Shown: one piece after another, positions 12,959 through 22,952 of the stretch
How the letters are laid out: every line of letters starts with the position of its first letter
Position numbering within the stretch: position 1 is the first letter of the stretch
NCBI RefSeq assembly: GCF_035084215.1
Contig: NC_090366.1
Span: 10,478,001 to 10,542,000, forward strand
Origin: Heptranchias perlo
Taxonomy: Eukaryota
Direction: 5' to 3'
Length of the DNA: 64,000 nucleotides
Program-made: the position numbers and the translations under genes
The notes under the pieces: generated by a model
Told to the model about the DNA's origin: nothing
What the model saw: only the letters and a program-made list of their open reading frames with translations
The model's database searches: none

Positions 12959-13044
12959 TGTTTGTTCAAATGACTGTGACTAACGTCAGTAACGATGTTG
13001 CATAATTGTCTCACTGGAGACGTCACTCAAGTATATATCAGGGA
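12959..13044 (+). promoter_or_regulatory. Putative core promoter of GPCR paralogue 1 (block conserved in all three paralogues)
   Basis: TGTTTGTTCAAAT...TAATTGTCTCACTGGAGA...CAAGTATATATCAGGGA. The TATA-like element at 13032 is ~80 nt upstream of ATG 13111. Alignable to 46485-46571 and 60881-60965. Confidence 0.7.
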
Positions 13045-13110
13045 CACTTTGTACTGTATCACCGTGCATGTCCCTGACCCGTTGTCTCCACCACCTGAAT
13101 CTAACAGAAA

Positions 13111-16100
13111 ATGCATGAACCAGTAAAGGGTGCGGTTTACGCCATTTATTATCCAGTTCTTGCAGCTGTTGGTGTTCCGGGTAAGTCATTCTGCAGTTTG
13201 TTCATTATGTAAGTAAGTGTTTAACTCGTTCACGTCTCTTGCCGTGTATGTTATGTATATAGAATTACATCGAATGTACAGCACAGAAACAAGCCATTCG
13301 GCCCAACTTGTCCATGCCGGCGTTTATGCTCCACACGAGCACCCTCACACCTCTCTTCATCTCACCCTATCAGCATATTCTTCGATTCCTTTCTCCCTCA
13401 TGTACTTATCTAGCTTCCTCTTAAATGCATCTATGCTATTCCTACAACTATTCCATCTGGCATCGAGTTCCACATTCTAACTACTCTCAGAGTAAAAAAG
13501 TTTCTCCTCAGTTCCCTGGTAGACTTATTAGTAACTATTCTATATTTGTAGCCCTTAGTTTTTGTCTCCTGTACAAGTTGAAACATCCTCTCTATGATGA
13601 ACCTATCAAACCCTTAAAGACCTCTATCAGGTCATCCCTCAGCCTTCTCTTTTCTAGAGGAAAGAGCCCCAGTCTGTTGAATCTTTCCTACTAGCTGTAA
13701 CCTCTCAGTTCTGGTATCATCCTTATGATTTTTTTTGCACCTTCTCCAGTACCTCTATATCCTTTTTATAATAGGGAGACCAGAACTGTGCACAATACTC
13801 CAAGTTGTGCTTTAACTTCTATCTTGATGCATTTGCCACAGTCAACCCTTCAGTGCTACTCGTGACATCAACACCAACATGGAAAGGCAATCGTGACAAT
13901 AACGGAAGGACATGATATGGGAGCAATAAGATCCGACAATGTCATCACTCACAGCGACTTCCAGGCTCATGGTGAGCAGTTTAGTGGAAATCACTCCAGC
14001 TGATTGCAAACAGACAGCATCAGAGAAGAAATGCTTTAAAACTGCGTGCAGTTGCATAAAGATATTTCACTCCAAAACTAATGTAAAAGCTATTATGAAT
14101 TCCGCTTCCGCCGTTATCTCTGGTAGTTTATTTCATGCCCAAACACCTCCAGCCTAAAAGAATCCTAACTTTTCCCGTGGTTTTTTGGCAATGATTTTAA
14201 ATTGTTGTCCTATGGTTATCCCACTCCTCCACCAGTAGAAATAGTTTCGTTTGTCCCCTTATATACCATATTGAAACCTCTCAAATTTATGAACACTTCG
14301 ACCAGATCTCCTCCTAAACTTCCCTATTCTGGTGAAACCGCAGTGTCAGCCTGGATTGTGCGCTCGGGTCTGTGGAATGGGCCTTTGAACCCAGGACCAT
14401 TTTGCTCCGGGGCGAGAGTGCTGCCACTGAGCCACGACTAAGGCCATGAACTGTTTGATTTTGCAGGAAATTGCGCAGAGCTGCGAGGCAACGTTCTCCG
14501 CAGCTCCTGCGAATTAAATTAACGAAAATGCTTACAGCTGGGTCTGTGGTGTTGAATTGCTTGAATTTGAACTTTAAGAAAAGATGCGCTATCAGCCCTG
14601 ACTCTGAGCAGCGTGAATTGCCGCAAGGCTGGAAAAGTGTGTGAGGAGAAGACACGCCTACAAAATCTGTCAGAAAGAGAAGTCCCGCCCACAGATTCAG
14701 GCTGCATTGCTCAAGCAGGCAAGCAGAATTCATCCATTAAAAGTTAGTATTCTGGATGTCATTGTAAACAAAAAATTAAATTGTTTTGTGTAAAAAGCCA
14801 AAGAAATAATTTAACTAAATTAAAGAGGCAGAAGGGAAAAGAGTTTTTTTTTAATTTAAAATAATTTAATGACCAAAAACTGTTAAAATAAGGAGTAATA
14901 TGAGACTTCACATTTTTAAAAGTTCATTTATAATTGTTTGGCAGTCATTAAGACTTACTGCGCTATTAAAACTTAGATTAGACCTGGTATTTTTAATCAT
15001 ACCTATTTGGTGGCGTAATTAGTTACTTTCCAGCTGGGCAAATAATTTGCCACTTCTCCATCCAATGATTTCTCTGATTGCAGCGTGCGATGGCCCTTTA
15101 ATTCGAAGCTGTCATATCGCCGGCAAACCAGTAGGAACAAGTTCCGGATTTCCGCGTATCACTGTGCATGTGTTAACGTGGGAACTTGCTTCTTTAATTC
15201 GCCGCTAAAAACGGAAATCGCTGTTAAGCTCCTCCGTTATTTAAGGAGCGATTTCTGCCCCAATATGTTTTACAGCCGCCAGTTCATGTAGTGCCAATGG
15301 GAGCATCTACGTGAACACATTGCTGGTCCAGTGTGGCAAATAAATGTTCTACTGTAGCATTTTTCATCCTCAGCTGATATGTTGATAGGTTGGGAGGAGG
15401 CTCCTGTGGAGCATTAACACCCGCATGGACCTATTGGGCCGCACGGCCTATTTCTGTGCTGTAAAATTCTTTGTAATTCTATGAAAGAAGCTCCAGGTTC
15501 TCCTGCATGCTTTCTACAGCTAAAGCCACACATCCCGGGTATCATGTTAGTGAATCTCCAGCTTGCCATCGGGAGCATAACTGGCGTTGCGGATTCCAGA
15601 AACTGCACGATTTCCATTTCTACCGACTTCAATGGCACGCCGCGCGTGATATATTGGAAAATCGCGATTGCACTGATTTTAAGTTTCGACCTCCATTTTA
15701 ATTAATTTCGTTCCATCCTTCCTCCCCCTTATTCCATTTTACTTTATATTTATCAGTCACCTACCATGCTTTTATTTCTCTTATTGTGCACATTTTAAAT
15801 ATTTAGTTTTATTTTGAAACTAACCTCAACTGTCCGTCGGAAAACTGACACGATCGGTTGCATCGCTCGTTTTACGCCCCGCCTGATTTTGCACATGATT
15901 GACATGAATGGAGTGGTGTATTGGGCTGGGTGTAAAACCGGCCTTCCACTCGATAGGGTGGTCCTGCCGCCCGGCGAGTTAGGTTAAAATTATCCCTTTT
16001 CAGTCACCAGAAAGCGACCGTGTCGGCGGATGCGTTTGTTTCCCTTCCATTGATGCAGTTATGAAACTTGGAACTTCAGGCAAAATCCTGCGAATTGATA

Positions 16101-17046
16101 CTTTCTGCTGGGAGTCTAGTCAGTAATTTTCTTCTATCTTGCAGTTAACATAATGGCGATTGCGATCCTGTCCCGGGGTAAGTGCGGTCTCTCCAAATGC
16201 ATCACTCACTATCTGGTGGCCATGGCTGTAGCCGATCTGCTGGTCGTCATCATCGGTGTGATATTAAACCGGGTCATTGGCATTTACCTTCCAGTTAGCG
16301 CCTTGTCCATTACTCCGGTGTGCCGTCTTAAAACGGTCTTAGTTTATGCATCCAGAAACTGCTCTGTCTGGTTAACAGTCGCTTTCACCTTTGATCGATG
16401 CGTTGTCATCTGTTGCCAGAAGCTAAGAACGACATATTGCACCATGAAAACGGCAGCTGTGGTTGTTGGCACGGTGTTTGCTCTGAGCTATTTGCAAAAT
16501 ATCCCCTGGTACTTTGTACTTGAACCTGTGTACTTTATTAACAATGTACCAATGTATTGCGGCATCAAATCTAGTTTTTATATATTAGCTACGTGGATAG
16601 CATTTTCGTGGATTAATCATATATTAACACCGTGCCTTGCAATTTTACTTATTTTATTGTTCAACGTGCTGACAGTAAGACATATATTAGCGTCCAGTAG
16701 AGTCCGCCGGGCACTGAGGGGCATTAACAGTGCTGAATATAACATTGATCCGGAGTTGGAGAGCCGAAAAAAGTCCATTATTTTACTCTTCAGTATATCC
16801 GGAAGTTTCGTCATGTTATGGGCAACATATACAGTTCATCACCTATATTACCGAATCACAACCACTTATGTCTATACAGGTTACAACGACCCTGTCTTTA
16901 TTCTTCAAGAATCCGGACATATGCTTCTCCTTTTGAGCTGCTGCACAAACACGTGCATTTACGTCGTGACCCAGAATAAATTCAGGGAAGAGATGAAGAA
17001 TGTAGTGAAATATCTGCTGGCACTGATTGTCAAATTCGTGAAATGA
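13111..17046 (+). CDS. Class A orphan GPCR, GPR139/GPR142-like paralogue 1; join(13111..13180,16145..17046), ~323 aa
   Basis: Exon 1 encodes MHEPVKGAVYAIYYPVLAAVGVP, then G|gtaagt. Acceptor ttgcag| at 16144, phase 1, continues [17 protein letters not shown]. Seven-TM pattern with AMAVADL, FDRC, PMYC and NTCIY. AATAAA at 17205. Confidence 0.92.
13258..13810 (-). mobile_element. CR1 LINE 3' fragment in the GPCR1 intron
   Basis: ATAGAATTACATCGAATGTACAGCACAGAAACAAGCCATTCGGCCC is the reverse of a CR1 tail; degenerate RT C-terminal coding follows. Confidence 0.85.
14338..14438 (-). mobile_element. tRNA-derived SINE head fragment
   Basis: Minus strand TGGCTCAGTGG (A box) ... GGTTCAAAGGCC (B-box-like); similar to the head of the SINE at 27748-28182. 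Confidence 0.6.
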
Positions 17047-17864
17047 CGAAAAGAACCAAAGATCCCTTAATATTCAGAATTCAGATCTTCATCTCTTCCC
17101 ACCCATGAGATTTCTGCAATGGGGAAAAGGGCGTTGCCTTGTAGTTATATCACACTGGGATTAGTTTTGTTTGCTGATGCTTTACGTTTGCTCGACGTGT
17201 CTTAAATAAACCGACTCGATTAAAACAGCCCCGCTACAACTCAGTGGTAAGCAGCAAGGATGGTATCGGTTGATTACGTTGTGCTGTGGGCGCAAGGGTT
17301 TCTCAAGAAGGCATAGTGTGATGTGTTAGTAAATGGTTCATAATTGAAATACTTCTGCCTATGTGAATTTTATTATAATCAGCACAGCCGAAGAAAAGAA
17401 AATGAGGTTTAAAATAATCCAGGTGGTTGAACGTAATATTAACGGTAAGGCAGTTGTACTCCCTGTGTTGAAATTCGTCATTCTGATGGGTTCCAAAGCA
17501 ATCTATCGAGAAATACGCATCAACAGAGTTCACCTTGTCTAATGCTGACTACTCAATCTTTCCCGCTGGGATAGGCTCTTCATAGTCAAACCCAGGAAAC
17601 GTAGCTGTGGGTTGGTCTCTTTCTGAAATACCCGCACCATGGGCTCAATTTTAGCGGGGAATTGGGGGTGCGTTGCGGGCGGGGGTGCTCCGAAAATCGG
17701 GGAAATCCCAGTTCGGGTTCGGAGCCCGGCTCCAACTCGCCGACTTCCGAGTTCCCCACGGACGCACCTGTGTGCGCGCAGGCGTCCTGAATACGGAAGT
17801 GCCGGCGGGATGATAGTTAAAGAGCCAAATGTACCTCATTGAGCTGCTTAATGCACTTACTTCT

Positions 17865-18000
17865 GACAAATGTAAGGAGTCTTACAACACCAGGTTATAG
17901 TCCAACAGTTTTCAAATAAAACTGTTGGACTATAACCTGGTGTTGTAAGACTCCTTACATTTGTCCACCCCAGTCCATCACCGGCATCTCCACATCATGG
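17865..18000. mobile_element. Penelope-like terminal fragment forming a perfect 48-bp inverted repeat
   Basis: 17865-17912 is the exact reverse complement of 17918-17965 (loop CAAAT), followed by CACCCCAGTCCATCACCGGCATCTCCACATCAT. The Penelope assignment is from recognition only. Confidence 0.65.
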
Positions 18001-18314
18001 TTACTTGTGACAGATTACGTACTTAGAACGATTTTTAAACTTACCTGGGCGGCTTGCCCACCACCTCTTATTCACACCTGATGAAACCAGGGGTGAAGGG
18101 CCAGATCAGGGGGAGTGGGAGTCAGCAGCGTAGTTCCTTGGTTATGTTTTTAATGAGTCATCCCTCGTTGTTGCACACTTATAACTAACGCCTTATATAT
18201 AGAATCGTATGAGCATAATTTTATCGGGGGTGCTGAGGAGGGGTGGGAGGGATTCCTGACGGGAAACCCATAAGTCTTTACGGTTTTGACGTGTTTTTTT
18301 GATGGTTTCCCGCC

Positions 18315-18725
18315 CTGGGGTTGTTCTCCTTGGAACAGAGAAGGTTGAGAGGAGATTTGATAGAGGTGTTCAAAATCATGAAGGGTCTAGACAGAGTAGA
18401 TAGAGAGCAACTGTTCCCATTGGAGGAAGGGTCAATAACTAGAGGGCATAGATTTAAGATGATTGGCAAAAGAACCAAAGGTGATATGAGGAATAACTCC
18501 TCAGGTTAGGATCTGGAATGCACTGCCCGAGGGGGTGGTAGAGGCAGATTCAATCATGGCCTTCAAAAGGGAACTGGATAAGTACTAGAAAGGAAAAAAA
18601 AATATAGGGCTACGGGGATAGGTCGGGGAGTGGGACTAACTGGTTTGCTCGTGCATAGAGCTGGCGAGGACTCGATAGGCTGAATGGCCTCCTTCCGTGC
18701 TGTAACCTTTTATGATTCTATGATT
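18315..18725 (+). mobile_element. CR1 LINE 3' fragment
   Basis: ORF 18321-18509 ([19 protein letters not shown]); tail TTTATGATTCTATGATT. Confidence 0.9.
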
Positions 18726-19582
18726 GAATGGAATTGATTGACAGGCTGGCCTCAGTCGGACCGGGGAAGAGGAAGGAAGAGCACTTGAACAGGTAGGAGT
18801 TGGATGAGAGGGGTGGGGTCATCAGGGGTCGGGAGTCATGTGGGTGCCGGGGGTCATCGAGGGGGTCAATCATCGGGGGTCATTGAGGCATCAGTCATGG
18901 CAGGGTAGGGGGAGGTAAGTCATCGGGGGGTCATCGGGTGGTCAGTCACGGGGGGGATGAGGTCAATCATCGGGCAGTAATCGGGGTGGGGGGGGGGGGT
19001 GGTAGTTGTTAGACACCGGGGCGGGCTCAGACATCTGGGGTTTATAGGGTGGGGGCTCAGTAATCGGAAGGGGTCTCAGTCATTGGACGGGGGCTCAGTC
19101 ATTGGAGGACCAGGGTCGGGGGTCATCAGGGGGCTCGGACATTGTTGGGGTTGGAGATCGTGTGGGTGTCAGAGATCGTGGGTTGGGGTCGGACATCGAG
19201 GGGGTGGTCGCTGCACGTAGGCTTGTTGGGCCTGGAGGAAGCACTCATGCTTCTCTGGGCCCACAAGCAGAGCTATAAAGGCACTTACCTGCAGTTTCCG
19301 ACCTTCTCACCTCCTCTCACATGGCGTGAAGGGGAAGGCCCGGGAATACCGGCTCCCAGGGGTTAAAAGCAAAAAAACTGTCAAAATGGAGACCCGCAGC
19401 CTCGTTGAAAGCTTTTGCTGACTGACCCGCCCCCTAAGAGCAGGTGAGTCACCCGCCCCTCGTCCCATCTCTGCTAATACGGATGTGGGCGTGTTGGAGA
19501 AGGGTTGGGGTCGTGTTTTAGATTTTTACCATTTTTACTGCCCCCCAACCCACCCGATTTTTCCTATTTAATATTATGCCAA

Positions 19583-19900
19583 TAGAATCTTAGAGTGATA
19601 CTGCAGAGTAAGAGGCCATTCAGTCCATCATGCCTGTGCTGGCTCTTTGAAAGAACTATCCAATTAGTCCCTCTCCCCTGCTTTTTCCCCATAGCCCTAA
19701 TATTTTATTTTATTTTCAAATATTTATCCAATTCCCTTTTGAAAGTTACTATTGAATCTGCTCCCACCACCCTCTCAGCAGTGCAATCCAGATCACAATA
19801 ACTCGCTGTGTATTTTTTTTTCCTTATGTCACCTCTGGTTCTTTTGCTAATCACCTTAAATCTGTGTCCTTTGGTTACTGACCCTTCTGCCACTGGAAAC
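19583..19900 (-). mobile_element. CR1 LINE 3' fragment
   Basis: Minus-strand translation LFPVAEGSVTKGHRFKVISKRTRG...[10 protein letters not shown]. Confidence 0.85.
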
Positions 19901-20529
19901 AATTCTATAGCTTTTAGAATACAATGTTCTAAATAATATTTTAAAAATAAAACTTTTGTTCGATCCATTTCTACAAAACAGACAATATTCACTGTTTTTA
20001 TATATGTATATAGACGTATACATTTTTATATATATATATATCACTCGAATTGCAATGTTCCCACACTTCTTAGAATGGACTTGATTTTAACACTCTGCAG
20101 AAAGCAAAGACACAAGAAGATGTATAAATGTACTTGTGGACACACAGGAACATTTTGTGAAATGCCCATCAGGATCAGGGAGCTCCGTTCATAAAAACAC
20201 TAATCACAAGGACGTTTCTAAAGGTCTGCAGGGATATCCAATTCTGGTATCCATAAATTTTCATTACCTAAGGGGTCTATTGTGAGAATGGCAACAATAT
20301 AAATTCCTTCAGGATAGGCAATCAGTCGGACATTGGCGCCAGATATATTCGCGGCGCCCCCTGATGGTGGGACACAGAGTATTTCTGATGTTGGCTGCAA
20401 ATCCATCACGTTGGTTCTCGCCTGGGATACGGGTCTTGGACCAATACAACTTAGAAAGAGGGAAATAAAAAAGTTATAATAAATTAAACCTGCAAAAAAT
20501 AAGGATAAACCTATCCTATCCTAAAATTA

Positions 20530-20665
20530 TAAATCTGACGAAGGATCTGCACGTTGGACATCAACTGATTTGTTTTCTTCACAGATGATAACTGACCTGT
20601 TGTGTGTTTTCAGCATTCTGCGTTTTTATTTCATATATCCAGCATCTGCAATTTTCTTCATTTTT
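20530..20665 (+). mobile_element. Degenerate Penelope-like terminal repeat
   Basis: CTGACGAAGG...CACAGATG...TGACCTG...CAGCATT...TTTTTATTTCA...CCAGCATCTGCA resembles 42235-42335; the hammerhead GAAA core is lost. Confidence 0.55.
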
Positions 20666-20788
20666 ATCTAAAATATCAATTACGTGTAGCTAGAAGGGTG
20701 AGGTGAAGCTGTCACTTGTGTGTCACTTGATTAATTGAAATAATTGTTGTTTGTGGCTGCTGCGTTGATGAACAAAATAAGTGACTGT

Positions 20789-21300
20789 GGCCTCAATTTT
20801 AACCAGGAAGAACGGGTCGGTTGGGGTAGGGGGCATTAAGAATTTAAAAAATCTACACCCGACTGTAACCCGCGTCCAACCCACGCACTTTCGGTGTTAA
20901 CAGAGGCAGGAGGAGGGGCGGGCGCCCAACCAGACCTACCAGGAGGCGGGTAGTCACTGAAAGCTTTCAAAGAAGCTGCGGGCCTTCATTTTTATAGTTT
21001 TTTTAAATTTTTAACCCCTGGAGGCCGGGATTCCCTTCTACTTCAGGCCCCCAGACCCAACACACCCACCATGAGCGATGCCCCCCTCACAATGAATCCG
21101 GACCCCCGATGACTCCGGACCCCTGGTGACTCCCGATGATTCCAGTCCGCCGATGACTCCTGACCCCCAGATGTCTCCCGACCCCCGATGACTCCAGACC
21201 CCCCCCCCCCATGTGACTCCCGACCCCCGTTGACTCCCGACCCCCCAGATGACTCTCGACCCCGACTCTCAATGACACGCGACCCCCTCCCAACCCCCTA
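20789..21300 (-). mobile_element. Partial copy of the Harbinger-like non-autonomous element, inverted relative to 17640-19580
   Basis: Starts GGCCTCAATTTT; reverse-complement similarity to 19330-19580; C-rich repeat CCCCCGATGACTCC at 21070-21290. Confidence 0.5.
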
Positions 21301-21601
21301 TTTCCTTTAACGTGTATTCATTTTTTGCTAATTACACCTATAAAATCTTTCAAAGCTTTACAATTATCTGCGTCTTTCTGCAATCGATGTTCATACAAAC
21401 TGCCCTAGATAAGATACAACCGCTGTGCAAACTATGCATCCGGTGCTTGCTAGCTTGCGGTTGCAAGTTTCTATAGCAATGCGCTTGACGCAAGCAATCG
21501 CTGGTTAATTTTCACAAGAGCTGACACTGCTCCGTTCACACAACTACAGAGGCTGCGCAGAGTCCACGTCGGGTGCATGCCGCTGGATAAAGGGAGCGAG
21601 G

Positions 21602-21665
21602 ATGTTAGAGTCCGGGCAGATTATCCTGCTTTATAAGATGCTGCTGTGCCAAATCGTTCTCAATG
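21602..21665 (+). CDS. Ig receptor exon 1 (leader / signal peptide)
   Basis: MLESGQIILLYKMLLCQIVLN then G|gtaaga; hydrophobic, phase 1, fits the IgV exon. Confidence 0.65.
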
Positions 21666-22920
21666 GTAAGACATGTGCAAGAAATGTGCAAGAAAATGTG
21701 CAAGAAAATCAAAAAGTTAGTATGCAGGTGCAGCAGGTGATCAAGAAGGCCAACGGAATGTTGGCGTTTATTGCTAGGGGGATAGAATATAAAAACAGGG
21801 AGGTATTGCTGCAGTTATATAAGGTATTGGTGAGACCGCACCTGGAATACTGCATACAGTTTTGGTGTCCATACTTAAGAAAAGACATACTTGCTCTGGA
21901 GGCAGTACAAAGAAGGTTCACTCGGTTAATCCCGGGGATGAGGAGGCGGACATATGAGGAGAGGTTGAGTAGATTGGGACTCTACTCATTGGAGTTCAGA
22001 AGAATGAGAGGTGATCTTATTGAAACATATAAGATTGTGAAGGGGCTTGATCGGGTGGATGCAGTGAGGATGTTCCCAAGGATGGGTGAAACTAGAACGA
22101 GGGGGCATAATCTTAGAATAAGGGGCTGCTCTTTCAAAACTGAGATGAGGGGAAACTTCTTCACTCAGAGGGTGGTAGGTCTGTGGAATTTGCTGCCCCA
22201 GGAAGCTGTGGAAGCTACATCATTAAATAAATTTAAAACAGAAATAGACAGTTTCCTAGAAGTAAAGGGAATTAGGGGTTACGGGGAGCGGGCAGGAAAT
22301 TGGACATGAATTTAGATTTGAGGTTAGGATCAGATCAGCCATGATCTTATTGAATGGTGGAGCAGGCTCGAAGGGCCGATTGGCCTACTCCTGCTCCTAT
22401 TTCTTATGTTCTTATGTTCTTACATGTAATGCAAGTTGTTTTTCATAGGTACTAAGGGGGAAATTTCGTGCTCACAGTCAAAATGCCACAAGTAACAAAT
22501 TATGTCGAACTGCGACTTGAAACTGACGCCGTAGTATGGGGGGACCAATGAAATATATGATCACTGAATGTTTTTAAATTCTGGCGTTATACTGCTGGGT
22601 GTTTTCCTGTCCGATAAACTCCTATGTTAAAATTCGCCATATTTTAAAGGAAAATATGCAGCCGTGGGGATTGGGCAGGTTTTTCCTGCTCAATTTTATT
22701 TCTGCTGTTTTAATATATATCAAAGAATCATACAGCTGAGAAGGAGGCCATTCGGCCTATCGTGCCTGTGCCGGCTCTTTGAAAGAGCTATCCAATTAGT
22801 CCCACTCTCTGCTCTGCCCCCAAAGCGCTGCAAATTTTCTCCCCTTCAAGTATGTATCCAATTCCCTTTTGAAATTCACTATTGAATCTACTTCCACCAC
22901 CCTTTTTGTGCACTTTATAT

Positions 22921-22952
<32 letters not shown>

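Larger units (their letters stand above)
17640..19580 (+). mobile_element. Non-autonomous DNA transposon (Harbinger-like) carrying nested Penelope and CR1 insertions
   Basis: Starts GGGCTCAATTTT; GC-rich subterminal regions; G-rich internal repeat GGGGTCATCGG at ~18810-19210. Its right end is the approximate reverse complement of 20789-21050. Confidence 0.5.

Noticed and set aside
13111-17046. Assigning the symbol GPR139
   Set aside because: Multiple paralogues with divergent motifs; orthology cannot be shown without a phylogeny.
21602-22309. 235-aa ORF as a stand-alone gene
   Set aside because: It is the Ig leader exon read through its splice donor into a truncated CR1; reported as a finding instead.
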